From positions 54 through 64,053 of the forward strand of contig JBGSNL010000041.1 of assembly GCA_041739675.1 (NCBI GenBank): DNA of 64,000 nt, read 5' to 3'. The notes below the pieces were generated by a model. That model searched no databases. It saw only the letters and a program-made list of their open reading frames with translations, and was not told where the DNA came from. The DNA is from a bacterium (lineage in GTDB: Bacteria > UBA10199 > 2-02-FULL-44-16 > DYJF01). Made by a program: the position numbers and the translations under genes. Numbering within the stretch: position 1 is the first letter of the stretch; each line of letters begins with the position of its first letter. Positions 20,501-28,992 of the stretch are shown here, one piece after another.

Positions 20501-21468
20501 ACGAGAACTTTGCCCAGTGTTTCAACCTCCGCTGACAATATGTCAAACGCTTGGTCAGAGAGAATCCGTTCGAACGCTATCAGAGGAAGAGCATTCGGTT
20601 GACCAATTACCCTAAGCGTTGGATGTGAAGCGGCATCCCTCACAAGTTCAGCCGTCCCATCGACAACCATGCTCGGATCTTTTACAAGTTTCTTCGCAAC
20701 CTTAGCGGCATTGGGCGCTATACGCGGATCTGTCACTATAGTGACACGCACCCCTCTGGAAAGCGCCTCACCTATCTCTGAAGCTGAAACAGCCCCGCCT
20801 TTATAATAGATCATCTCGCCATGCGTATCTTCGGCGATCTTCACCATCAACGAGCGCCCGCCCTCTATGACTTCCCAGCTATCGACAGACGTGTCGACAA
20901 AGACCACTAAATCCTGCTTTGCAATTCCCCACTCTGCGGCATTTCTGGAGACTATACCGGCGGTCTTCACATTGGTAAATCCAAGCTCCCTTGCGATCTG
21001 GGGTATCCACTCATACGCCGCGCCGATTCCATCGGACGTTCCGCCGATGACGTACATCGTGTTATTGCCGTCCGCCGCTATCTGCGCCCTGAGATAGGCC
21101 TTCACCACCTCCGGATTTTCATAGCCGAGCCCTGAATATCCACCGAGAACGCGAACTTTGTATCCCGAAGCGTTGTAGACCAGTTCATCATATGTAACCA
21201 CTCTTGTGCCGGTGCCCTGAAGCTTCCCTAGATATGCTGTGAACATGGCGTCACGCGCCACCCTGCGCTCATCCATAGGAGTACTACCGCCGCCTCCACC
21301 TGCAAAATATGGATGACTAAGGTGAGAGCCACCAGAAATATCCCACGGACTATCATCCACCCTGCAAACCTCAAGGGCAGAGCCCGACGCTTGGTCGGCT
21401 GCCTCCCACGGTAAATGATAATAGTCTGCAGGTCTATTCGGATTGACAGTTCTTGCTCCTGCGAACAT
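17557..21468 (-). CDS. giant multidomain protein: N-terminal LOG/SLOG-like Rossmann domain, modular coiled-coil repeats, Gly-rich hydrophobic C-terminal region
   Basis: - Start: the chosen start at 21468 (MFAGARTVNPNRP..) is preceded by AAGGGAG at the usual spacing; the ORF track extends to 21537.
- N-terminal domain: a LOG-like motif pair (..YVIGGTSDGIGAAYE.. and ..YKGGAVSASEIGEAL..) that resembles GGxGxMG and PGGxGTxxE.
- Internal repeats: IG(K/E)xxGLTG modules and two IDRPFGG(S/T)HGNGATGGTPPAGPQNPSTVYGRVD modules.
- C-terminus: many GxxxG stretches.
- Composition: visibly lower GC than the flanking DNA. Confidence 0.6.
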   Translation of the reverse strand: MFAGARTVNPNRPADYYHLPWEAADQASGSALEVCRVDDSPWDISGGSHLSHPYFAGGGGGSTPMDERRVARDAMFTAYLGKLQGTGTRVVTYDELVYNASGYKVRVLGGYSGLGYENPEVVKAYLRAQIAADGNNTMYVIGGTSDGIGAAYEWIPQIARELGFTNVKTAGIVSRNAAEWGIAKQDLVVFVDTSVDSWEVIEGGRSLMVKIAEDTHGEMIYYKGGAVSASEIGEALSRGVRVTIVTDPRIAPNAAKVAKKLVKDPSMVVDGTAELVRDAASHPTLRVIGQPNALPLIAFERILSDQAFDILSAEVETLGKVLVDKRKIQARWERYIAQGTTGNSGEGMPNEEDMQHAEDGVRDTIYKIQDVLKIGKTAGLTGDQVDRLQTKIAQTIDNTSTLTDLSMEVERLGGVLVTMREHLAFVEKEAARETANSNVRMFREDAVYAGQSAVGRTISELRAVISIGESSGLTGEYLEQLKAKVEGAITQPAAGAQTTVIDRPFGGSHGNGATGGTPPAGPQNPSTVYGRVDNPDERQTMGPTFTQLLEEINEIREQLGSRLPASRTYIWQEHDNGMLCSSDRHPRTEESAARLERIALSLHASSLSNGERAEVASIIRNTLNDTYSWPFVDDRLEGVLESEIKKGQTIDRPFGGTHGNGATGGTPPAGPQNPSTVYGRVDTPEDRQTRATLDATLAEVTRLGDQLTQEYEEIERLKKMIEQAELSPQLTDIDVHGDKWIGEHWRNINRIEHELKQIVDEAKRLRSRTDFARVRRHADTVTQRAFGRAIDAGVFSRNFSGLPPAAELAASWVDFFETTDIGRSIANVGRRAVSAVGEFAKGFGQNLGGIGLGFAAGEVFGAIAQATHMGPIASMATVLGGMHVTTTAAANVGARTFTDFIERTVGGESWMSLVRGLPTAIVGMDIYDRVVHSLFGENGGGYVGDLARFGGTRFAVGGWAMPQLGRAAAKSLTKMFMDRVAAGSAGLLTRAALSSLTVASETAIPVAGWALFGLQSLKTVKSMIEMDSPDLPQLMKDAWAVGVYRAHLNGNSEMEQAAWSAQIDPATVIDSDTSASTEEIYAARAYVDSVIAEDALKAREQLMGVLQIKMLQYSAQAEAEGIADEPALFINTVLSKMENFMSGLSRKVVFSEEEEGRRDIIMEELESGTPVAEILEEFTNDELGFSYMTEDQAAVLIEKIETVMLQKTLNSIAKLQPIFDGEGPNTDLFTMIEGYSDSDDVALCSSATTDHYLIGTSAHAVENEDGTISVRYPDLDGVTRSLFGIFMNETKTLELLAKISGME
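19424..19521. repeat. 98-bp direct repeat copy 1 inside the giant ORF (about 93% identical to copy 2)
   Basis: tcaaccctgccgtaaaccgtgctggggttttggggtcccgcaggcgg... It encodes the IDRPFGGSHGNGATGG.. module. Confidence 0.85.
19871..19968. repeat. 98-bp direct repeat copy 2 inside the giant ORF
   Basis: The same sequence with about 7 substitutions; the two copies are 447 bp apart. Confidence 0.85.
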
Positions 21469-21608
21469 ATTTGCTCCCTTCGTTTTAAGATGTCCCCCGT
21501 ACCCGCCCCCGCGGATACTCAACCTAATTATCGTCACATATCAAAAAAAGTTGCGGCTTATTTTTTTTTTTTGAATTTGATAACTTCTTGAATTATATGG
21601 CGTTTTTA

Positions 21609-21938
21609 TCAATGTGCAGGGTGGGCAATGGCGGCGGACTTGGCTTCGTGGTCGTCGATACGGGCCCCGATAGCGTCGATTTTTTCGGAAAGCCGGGATT
21701 CAGTCTCTTCAATTCGTTTCTCCAACTTGCAGATATCCCCTTTGAGCTCGTACTTCAAGTCTTGCATATCATTCTTGAGTCCCTTGCCTAGATCCTGCAT
21801 TTCCTCTCGGAGACCGGTTGCTGCAGCCTTTGCCGATGATTCGACGAGATCTTTGAGATTCTCGAACTGAATCTCAAGCAGGGATTCAAGTCTGCCACTA
21901 GTGAGAATTTCGTCTTTTCTGGATGCGCTCTGTTTCAT
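21609..21938 (-). CDS. small coiled-coil protein (109 aa), hypothetical
   Basis: Heptad-rich (..LKDLVESSAKAAATGLREEMQDLGKGLKNDMQDLKYELKGDICKLEKRIEETESRLSEKIDAIG..). Co-directional with and upstream of the giant ORF. Confidence 0.45.
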   Translation of the reverse strand: MKQSASRKDEILTSGRLESLLEIQFENLKDLVESSAKAAATGLREEMQDLGKGLKNDMQDLKYELKGDICKLEKRIEETESRLSEKIDAIGARIDDHEAKSAAIAHPAH

Positions 21939-21949
21939 AATATCAACGG

Positions 21950-22129
21950 CTAGAATGCCGTCGCCTCCCTTGTCGTTTCCTCTCTAATCTCCGCCATTTT
22001 CTTGAGTATGAGGTCCAATCCTGCGCTTATCTCTTCAAGAAGGCGTGTGTTATGCTGCTTAATTGTCTCTCCCTTCCTGAGGTCGTTGAGATCGGTTCTG
22101 ACCATCGCTTTTTTCGTTTTTTTCAGCAT
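21950..22129 (-). CDS. small ORF (59 aa) with strong RBS, hypothetical coiled-coil peptide
   Basis: Not in the ORF track because it is under 60 aa. AGGAGG lies 6 nt upstream of the ATG. Sequence MLKKTKKAMVRTDLNDLRKGETIKQHNTRLLEEISAGLDLILKKMAEIREETTREATAF. Its stop is 11 nt before the next start. Confidence 0.4.
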   Translation of the reverse strand: MLKKTKKAMVRTDLNDLRKGETIKQHNTRLLEEISAGLDLILKKMAEIREETTREATAF

Positions 22130-22320
22130 GCGCGCCTCCTTATCATGGCAAAAATCTCGCTGGCAAGATTAATGTCACGACAAACTGATTTTCTTCATAG
22201 CAATGAACATGCCAATATCCATTACGTTGCAGCACATTGATATTTAAGGATTTCCGTTTTTGAATAAAAATCAAAATTGCATGAAATTCGTACAGTGTGA
22301 CCGGAAATGCTGCAAGTGCG

Positions 22321-22373
22321 GGGGACACTTCTCGTGTTCACGAGGAGCCCACGCGAAAATGAGAAGTGTCCCC
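22321..22373 (-). terminator. 13-bp inverted-repeat hairpin immediately 3' of the MBL-fold hydrolase gene (terminator-like, no clear T-run)
   Basis: ggggacacttctc ... gagaagtgtcccc, with an inner ctcgtg/cacgag mini-hairpin. Confidence 0.4.
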
Positions 22374-22386
22374 ACCTCTTCAAATA

Positions 22387-23151
22387 TCACTCAATTATGA
22401 TCTCGTCGCCGTGGGGGACGATGTGGATGCGGTCTTTGAGGTCGGGGCGGTCCTCAAGTATCTTATTCAACCTCTCGATCGGCTGACCCATGGGTTCAAG
22501 CGAGAGGGAGAACGATCCCCAGTGGATGGGGATCATGTGGCGCGCATTCAGATCTTCAAAAGCCTGCACCGCTTCCGAGACGGTCATGTGGCGGCCGCGC
22601 ATGAACCAGCGGGGCGAATAGCCTGCTATCGGAATAAGCGCCACATCGATCCTCGCCGTTTGTGCGATTTCCGCAAAATGAGAACCGTAACCGGAGTCAC
22701 ACGCAAAATAGACAGTGCTGTCGTCTTTTTGGATAAGATAGCCGCACGCGCCGGTAAAGCGAAGCTGCGTGTATCTTCCGCCACCGTGTTTTGTGGGGAC
22801 GGCCGTGATCTTCGTTCCGTCCGGCAGCTCATGCGATGCGAAAAGCGAGAGCTCGATTATCGGGTTTTCGACAAATTTGGATATCGCGCCGCCCACCCCT
22901 TCAGGCACAATTACCGGTACATTTTTCGGGATATATTTGAAACTTCCGATATTCAGATGATCGAAATGCGCGTGACTGATCAAAATTGCAGCAAGAGGAG
23001 GCAACTTCGAAGCGTCATATGTCAGAGGCGTATATCTCTTGAAGAAGAGTGTGTGCTTCCCGAAATGGGGATCGGTCAAAAAATTCGCGCCGCCCACGTT
23101 CACGAGAGTCGTTGCGTGTCCGATGTATCTGCATGTGATTTTATGTTTCAT
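22387..23151 (-). CDS. MBL-fold metallo-hydrolase
   Basis: Contains the HAHFDH motif plus downstream His/Asp ligands. The start is taken at MKHKIT. Confidence 0.8.
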   Translation of the reverse strand: MKHKITCRYIGHATTLVNVGGANFLTDPHFGKHTLFFKRYTPLTYDASKLPPLAAILISHAHFDHLNIGSFKYIPKNVPVIVPEGVGGAISKFVENPIIELSLFASHELPDGTKITAVPTKHGGGRYTQLRFTGACGYLIQKDDSTVYFACDSGYGSHFAEIAQTARIDVALIPIAGYSPRWFMRGRHMTVSEAVQAFEDLNARHMIPIHWGSFSLSLEPMGQPIERLNKILEDRPDLKDRIHIVPHGDEIIIE

Positions 23152-23190
23152 GGCGCCTAAATACAGAATCCACAAAAATTTGCAAATTTT

Positions 23191-24822
23191 TTAGCTGGCG
23201 CGCTTGAAAACCGCCACCGATTTTGCGATGAGCCAGACGGCGAGCACGAAAAGGGCGGCGGAGACGACAGCCAGCTGATAATGGCCCGCGGAGATATCCT
23301 TTACAAAGATGGCGACGAGGGCCGACAAAGTTATCGCGAACATTATGATCATCGGGATCTTGAGAAATCCATATTTCATCGCTTTGGCTTTTATCCAGAG
23401 GGCGACCGCCATCAGCGCCAGAGCTGCGAGAAGCTGGTTGGCACTCCCGAAGATCGGCCATATCGCCTTCCATCCGCCGGAAAAGGCAAGAAACGCCGAT
23501 GCCGTAACGGTAACTGCGGTGCCGATGTAGCGGTTAGTGTTCAAAACCGACGCCGGCCTTCCCTCCTTCGGCGCGAAAAATTCCTGAAACGCGAATCTTG
23601 CAAGGCGGGTCGCGGTATCGAGCGTCGTTAGGACGAACGCGGAAACCGCAAGTGCAGCAAAATCGGTTCCGCGCGCGGCATCGATTCCTACCTTTGAAAA
23701 GAAGGCCCCGAGATTTTGGGCGAAGAGCGCAACCGGCCCCACAGTTCCCATCGAAGAAACGTAATCGGTGCGCACAAGCGACATTGCGACAATGATAGCA
23801 AGTACGGAGACAAGCGATTCGACGAGCATCGCGCCGTAGCCGATGGGTCTTGCGTCCGCCTCCCTGTTCAGCTGCTTAGCCGTCGTGCCGCCCGATACGA
23901 CTGAGTGAAAACCGGAGATCGCGCCGCACGCAACAGTCACGAAGAGAATCGGGAAGAGCGGGCCGAGTTCGGGATCGATCCATGCGACGAACGCCGGAAG
24001 CTTCACGTCCGGGCGGGCGGCAAAAATCCCGATGAATGCCATGATGAGAAGCGCATAGAGGAGAAACGAGTTGAGGTAATCGCGCGGCTGCAGAAGTATC
24101 CACACCGGTGCGACCGAAGCCACAAAGATATAAGCAAGAAGAATCCATATCCATGCGTTAACAGAAAGAGAGATCGGCGCGTACCAGCCGATGACCATGC
24201 AGACGGCAAGAAAGATGACGCCGAAGACGGTGGAAATGCCGACCGGAAAGTTCGACCTGTAGATCGCAAAACCGAAGACGACCGCAAGCGGGATGAAGAG
24301 CATCGACGAAGTTGCGGCTTCCGGCTCCGCCTTGAATGTTATGGCGACGACGTTGAGATACGATCCGATGAGAAGAACCAGTGTTGCCCAGAGGAAAAAG
24401 AGAAAAAGCATTTTGCCTGCGCGCCCCATGTATGCGCCCATGACCTCGCCCATCGAGCGCCCGCTGTGGCGGATCGAGGCGATGAGGGCCGCAAAATCGT
24501 GCACTGCCCCCAAAAAAATCCCGCCGAAGATGACCCACAAGATCACCGGCAGCCAGCCGTAAGTTATGGCGATGATGGGACCGACGATCGGCGCCGCGCC
24601 CGCAATCGATGCAAAGTGGTGGCCGAACAGGACCGGCATTTTCGCCGGATAATAATCGATGCCGTCTTTCATTGTATGCGCGGGAGTAGGCCTCGCCGGC
24701 TCCATCCCCAACCTTTTTGCGATGTATGGGCTGTAAAATCTGTACGCGAGCGCGAAGCACACAAGGCTGACAATTAAGATGACAACGCTTTCCATGAGCT
24801 CCTCCAATAAAGCGAGAACCAT
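23191..24822 (-). CDS. cstA: carbon starvation protein A (CstA family peptide/pyruvate transporter)
   Basis: 543 aa, polytopic membrane protein with CstA-like N-terminal motifs. Confidence 0.8.
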   Translation of the reverse strand: MVLALLEELMESVVILIVSLVCFALAYRFYSPYIAKRLGMEPARPTPAHTMKDGIDYYPAKMPVLFGHHFASIAGAAPIVGPIIAITYGWLPVILWVIFGGIFLGAVHDFAALIASIRHSGRSMGEVMGAYMGRAGKMLFLFFLWATLVLLIGSYLNVVAITFKAEPEAATSSMLFIPLAVVFGFAIYRSNFPVGISTVFGVIFLAVCMVIGWYAPISLSVNAWIWILLAYIFVASVAPVWILLQPRDYLNSFLLYALLIMAFIGIFAARPDVKLPAFVAWIDPELGPLFPILFVTVACGAISGFHSVVSGGTTAKQLNREADARPIGYGAMLVESLVSVLAIIVAMSLVRTDYVSSMGTVGPVALFAQNLGAFFSKVGIDAARGTDFAALAVSAFVLTTLDTATRLARFAFQEFFAPKEGRPASVLNTNRYIGTAVTVTASAFLAFSGGWKAIWPIFGSANQLLAALALMAVALWIKAKAMKYGFLKIPMIIMFAITLSALVAIFVKDISAGHYQLAVVSAALFVLAVWLIAKSVAVFKRAS

Positions 24823-25059
24823 TTATAAGAGCAGCGATGCATTATTGCAACATTTCCAAAAGTCGGATGCGTGGGGGCTGTGGGGTTTGGGGGCGTCCCG
24901 GAAGCAGCCGCATCCATGGATATGATAACGCGGCTGCTGAGGGACGAGGTGCGCCCCAATCCCCGTAAGGTTGGGGCGACACCGTACCCCGAACCCCACA
25001 CTCCCTACGCATTCGAGTTTTGAATGATTGACTTCATCAATGTTGCTCTGATACATGGA

Positions 25060-25192
25060 CGAGCAGTCGCTAGGGGTGCGGCGCTGAGACCTTGCCGGAA
25101 GGCAAGGAACCCTGGAACCTGATCCGGATAATTCCGGCGTAGGGAAGCGAAAAAGAGATGAACCGCACCGCTCTTGCGTGCGGTTTTTTTAT
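25060..25192 (+). promoter_or_regulatory. TPP (THI-box) riboswitch with intrinsic terminator expression platform
   Basis: ctaggggtgcggcgctgagaccttgcc..gaaccctggaacctgatccggataattccggcgtagggaagcg matches the THI-element consensus. It is followed by an accgcac/gtgcggt hairpin plus a T7 run (25162-25190), 12 nt before thiS. Confidence 0.85.
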
Positions 25193-25203
25193 TTGGAGCG
25201 TCT

Positions 25204-25404
25204 ATGAAAAAAATCACGATCAACGGACAGGCGGCGGACACGACAAGTGAAACGATTGCGGCTCTCATAAGGGAGCTCGGCATTGCTCCGGCCGGCGTCG
25301 CGGTCGCGGTGAACGAGGAGATCGTCCCCCGCACAGAACATGGCAATCGCATATTAAATGAAGGCGACGTCGTTGAAATCATAAAACCGATAGGCGGTGG
25401 ATAA
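25204..25404 (+). CDS. thiS: sulfur carrier protein ThiS
   Basis: 66 aa ending in GG; MKKITINGQ.. Confidence 0.8.
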   Translation: MKKITINGQAADTTSETIAALIRELGIAPAGVAVAVNEEIVPRTEHGNRILNEGDVVEIIKPIGGG

Positions 25405-25405
25405 T

Positions 25406-26173
25406 ATGAATAAACTGATAATCGCAGGAAAAGAGTTCGGCTCAAGGCTCCTTCTGGGGACGGGGAAATTCTCCTCCCACGAAGTCATGCGCGACGCGAT
25501 CAAGTCCTCCGGCTCCGAAATTGTGACCGTCGCTCTGAGGCGCGTCGATCTGGCGGCACCGGAGAACGACATCTTGTCTTTCATCGACCGTTCAAAATAT
25601 CTCCTGCTTCCAAATACCTCCGGTAGCAGAAACGCGAAAGAGGCGGTGATGCAGGCAAGGCTCTCGCGCGAGGCGGGCTTGGGAAACTGGGTAAAACTGG
25701 AAGTCGTTCCGGAACCGAATTATCTCCTGCCCGATCCGGTTGAGACGCTCGAGGCCGCGAAAATTTTAGTCAAAGAGGGATTTGTCGTCCTTCCTTATAT
25801 AAATGCCGATCCGATCCTCGCCAAAAAACTCGAAGACGCGGGCACGGCGACGGTGATGCCACTGGGCTCTCCCATCGGTTCGAACCGCGGGCTCAAGACC
25901 CGCGACTCGATAAGAATAATAATCGAGCAGTCGAACGTGCCGGTCGTGGTCGATGCCGGCCTTGGCGCTCCTTCTCATGCCGCGGAATCGATGGAGCTCG
26001 GGGCGGACGCCGTGCTCGTCAACACGGCGATCGCAACAGCTGCCGACCCCGCCCAAATGGCCGCGGCTTTCAGACAGGGGGTCGAAGCGGGCAGGCGCGC
26101 CTTTCTCGCGGGATGCGCGCCCAAGAAAGAAAAGGCGGAGGCGTCGAGCCCGCTCACCGGATTTATAAGATAA
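25406..26173 (+). CDS. thiG: thiazole synthase
   Basis: [22 protein letters not shown].., a ThiG TIM-barrel. Confidence 0.85.
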   Translation: MNKLIIAGKEFGSRLLLGTGKFSSHEVMRDAIKSSGSEIVTVALRRVDLAAPENDILSFIDRSKYLLLPNTSGSRNAKEAVMQARLSREAGLGNWVKLEVVPEPNYLLPDPVETLEAAKILVKEGFVVLPYINADPILAKKLEDAGTATVMPLGSPIGSNRGLKTRDSIRIIIEQSNVPVVVDAGLGAPSHAAESMELGADAVLVNTAIATAADPAQMAAAFRQGVEAGRRAFLAGCAPKKEKAEASSPLTGFIR

Positions 26174-27231
26174 TGAACGAACATCTTTCAATTGAAGAGG
26201 TGAGCCGGCTCATCTTCGAGGAGATGGATGGTAGGCGCCTGGAAACTCTGGCAAGGGCGGCGCACGACCTCACCGTTCAGCGTTTCGGAAAGACGATAAA
26301 ACTCTACGCACCGGTCTATCTTTCAAACAGCTGCATCAACGCGTGCAAATATTGCGGCTTCAACAGGGCCGCAAAGATAAGCAGGGTCACACTGTCAGCG
26401 GACGAGGCAATTAAGGAAGCGGATTTTCTAATTGCGCAAGGTCATCGCCATATCCTGCTCGTCGCCGGCGAAGATCCGAACTCCGTTCCCCTCTCTTATC
26501 TTGAAAATGTCGCAAGAGAACTTAGGGGACGCGTCGCAAAACTTTCAATCGAAACGCAGCCTTTTGACGAGATCTCCTACAGGCGGCTCTTCGAAGCGGG
26601 CGTCGACGGCGTCACGCTTTATCAGGAGACATACGATCCGGAAACGTACGGGCTCATGCATCCATCGGGGCCAAAGTCGAACTTCGCTTCGCGGCTTGAA
26701 GCCGTCGAAAATGCCGGCAAGGCAGGAATGCGATTTCTGGGAATCGGCGCGCTGCTTGGCCTTCACGATTGGCGAAGCGAGGCAGTATCTCTTGTGCGCC
26801 ACGCGCGCAATCTCAAGAAAAAATTCTGGCAGGCGGCCGTCGCGGTGAGTTTCCCAAGGATCAGAGACTGCGCCTCGGATTTTCACATGCCCTCGCCCAT
26901 TTCCGACAGGGAGCTGGTGCAGATGATCGTGGTATTGAGACTCGCCCTTCCCGACGCCGATCTCGTACTTTCGACGCGCGAACCCGCTGAACTCCGCAAC
27001 CGTTTGATACCGATCGGCATCACGCAGATGAGCGCGGGTTCGGTCACGTCACCAGGTGGCTACACGGATAAAAAACAAGATGAGGGCCCGCCCGCCACGC
27101 GAGCCTCGCGGCATCGCGAGGCGAGGCGGGCGGGCGAGCAATTCCACATCGAAGATTCAAGATCTCCGGCAAAGGTTGCCGAGACGATTTCTCAAACAGG
27201 CTATCAACCGGTATGGAAGGATTGGATATGA
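26173..27231 (+). CDS. thiH: 2-iminoacetate synthase (radical SAM)
   Basis: Its ATG overlaps the thiG stop (TAATG). CxxxCxxC motif CINACKYC. Confidence 0.8.
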   Translation: MNEHLSIEEVSRLIFEEMDGRRLETLARAAHDLTVQRFGKTIKLYAPVYLSNSCINACKYCGFNRAAKISRVTLSADEAIKEADFLIAQGHRHILLVAGEDPNSVPLSYLENVARELRGRVAKLSIETQPFDEISYRRLFEAGVDGVTLYQETYDPETYGLMHPSGPKSNFASRLEAVENAGKAGMRFLGIGALLGLHDWRSEAVSLVRHARNLKKKFWQAAVAVSFPRIRDCASDFHMPSPISDRELVQMIVVLRLALPDADLVLSTREPAELRNRLIPIGITQMSAGSVTSPGGYTDKKQDEGPPATRASRHREARRAGEQFHIEDSRSPAKVAETISQTGYQPVWKDWI

Positions 27232-28508
27232 CACAATTACAAAGTGCCCGGAAAGGTGAGATCACGCCTCAAATGCTCTATGTGGCGCGTGACGAGGGGT
27301 TGGAGACCGAATTCGTGAGAAAGGAAATTGCCGCGGGGCGGCTCATCATCCCTGCGAACATCAATCACAAGAATCTGAAACCCATAGGCATCGGCATCGC
27401 TACGCGCTGCAAGATAAACGCGAACATCGGCAATTCAGCCGTCTCGTCCGACGAAGGCTGCGAGCTAAAAAAACTCAAGACTGCGCTCGAGTGCGGCGCC
27501 GATGCGGTGATGGATCTCTCAACGGGAAAAGAGATAGATTCCATCAGGCAAAAAATCGTTGCCGCGTCGGACCGCCCTGTCGGCACGGTTCCCATGTATG
27601 AAGCGGCGGAGATGGTCGAAAATATCGAAGATCTCTCGGTGGATCAGCTCATGGGCGTTATCGAAAGACACGCGGCGGAAGGAGTGGATTTCATCACTGT
27701 CCACTGCGGGCTCTTGAGAAAACACATCCCCCTCATCGAAAAACGCGTGACGGGAATCGTCTCCCGCGGCGGTGCCCTGCTCGCCCAATGGATGAAAAAA
27801 CGTGGGGAAGAAAACCCTCTTTTCACCCACTTCGACCGCCTCCTTGAAATCTGCCAAAAATACGACCTGTCGTTGAGCTTAGGCGACGGGCTCAGGCCCG
27901 GCTGCCTCGCCGACGCTTCGGATGACGCCCAGTTCGCCGAGCTTAAAACCCTTGGCGAATTGACCCGAAAATCATGGGAAAAAGACGTTCAAGTGATGGT
28001 TGAGGGTCCTGGGCATATCCCCTTTAATCAAATAGAGTTTAATATAAAAAAACAGATCGAGCTCTGCGATGGCGCCCCCTTCTATGTCCTGGGCCCTCTG
28101 GTCACCGATATCGCCGCCGGCTACGACCATATCACCTCAGCCATCGGGGGGACTATGGCGGCATATGCCGGCGCCTCGATGCTCTGCTACGTCACTCCCA
28201 AGGAGCATCTGGGACTTCCCGGGGAGGAAGACGTCCGTCAGGGGGTGATAGCGCACAAGATCGCCGCGCACGCCGCGGACATCGCACGCGGACGAAAAGG
28301 CGCCAGAGATCGCGACGACAATCTCTCCCGCGCCCGCTTCGCGCTCGACTGGGAAAAACAATTTGAGCTGCTGCTCGACCCGAAACGCGCAAGGGAATAT
28401 TGGGAATCCTCAAGGTCTCAGGTCTCAGGTCTCAAGTCTGAGGTTTGCAGCATGTGCGGCCCGAAATTCTGCGCGATGAGGTTATCGCAGGAGTTAATAA
28501 AACCGTAG
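27228..28508 (+). CDS. thiC: phosphomethylpyrimidine synthase
   Basis: Its ATG overlaps the thiH TGA (ATGA). ThiC-specific C-terminal CxxCGxxxC cluster (CSMCGPKFC). The alternative start is 27213. Confidence 0.85.
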   Translation: MTQLQSARKGEITPQMLYVARDEGLETEFVRKEIAAGRLIIPANINHKNLKPIGIGIATRCKINANIGNSAVSSDEGCELKKLKTALECGADAVMDLSTGKEIDSIRQKIVAASDRPVGTVPMYEAAEMVENIEDLSVDQLMGVIERHAAEGVDFITVHCGLLRKHIPLIEKRVTGIVSRGGALLAQWMKKRGEENPLFTHFDRLLEICQKYDLSLSLGDGLRPGCLADASDDAQFAELKTLGELTRKSWEKDVQVMVEGPGHIPFNQIEFNIKKQIELCDGAPFYVLGPLVTDIAAGYDHITSAIGGTMAAYAGASMLCYVTPKEHLGLPGEEDVRQGVIAHKIAAHAADIARGRKGARDRDDNLSRARFALDWEKQFELLLDPKRAREYWESSRSQVSGLKSEVCSMCGPKFCAMRLSQELIKP

Positions 28509-28523
28509 ACATTATAATTTCTT

Positions 28524-28988
28524 TTGCTAGCATTCGCCGCTATGAAAGAAGCCGGCCTCACAAAACAGGAACGAAGTTTTCTGGCGCTCATGCGCATATT
28601 GATGATCCTCTTTTTTCTTGCGACGCTGCTTTTCATCTTCCTGCCCGACTGGACCCTCAACTACCTGACCGCCATAGGACGCGGCATCTTCGGCTGGCAG
28701 GAGCCGGTGATCGCCCTTGGTGCCGAACGCTTCTGGTGCGTTTTGGCAATCGCGCTCCTTGCATGCCTCACCTTCATAGCCTTCGAGGCCCAGCGCGATT
28801 TTTTGCGCAACATAGACTACGCGCGCCCCATCATCGTGGCCAAACTCGTATCCACGGTCGGTTTTGTGGTCTGCCTTCTGTGGTACGAATACCGCTTCTT
28901 CTATCTGGTCGGCGCTATTGTTGACGGCATAATCTTCGCCACAACTTGGTATTACTACAACGCGGCGATCAAGAGCCGCTCCAGGTGA
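28524..28988 (+). CDS. small integral membrane protein (4 predicted TM), hypothetical
   Basis: Hydrophobic 154-aa protein directly after thiC. Confidence 0.45.
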   Translation: MLAFAAMKEAGLTKQERSFLALMRILMILFFLATLLFIFLPDWTLNYLTAIGRGIFGWQEPVIALGAERFWCVLAIALLACLTFIAFEAQRDFLRNIDYARPIIVAKLVSTVGFVVCLLWYEYRFFYLVGAIVDGIIFATTWYYYNAAIKSRSR

Positions 28989-28992
28989 AAAA

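Noticed and set aside
21538-21608. T12 homopolymer tract upstream of the giant ORF as a phase-variation switch
   Set aside because: It lies in the intergenic region on the strand opposite a coding sense. It could modulate a promoter, but there is no evidence for slipped-strand regulation from a single sequence.
28413-28440. Tandem AGGTCTC x3 inside thiC
   Set aside because: A short in-frame low-complexity stretch (SQVSGLKS) near the ThiC C-terminus; not a separate feature.
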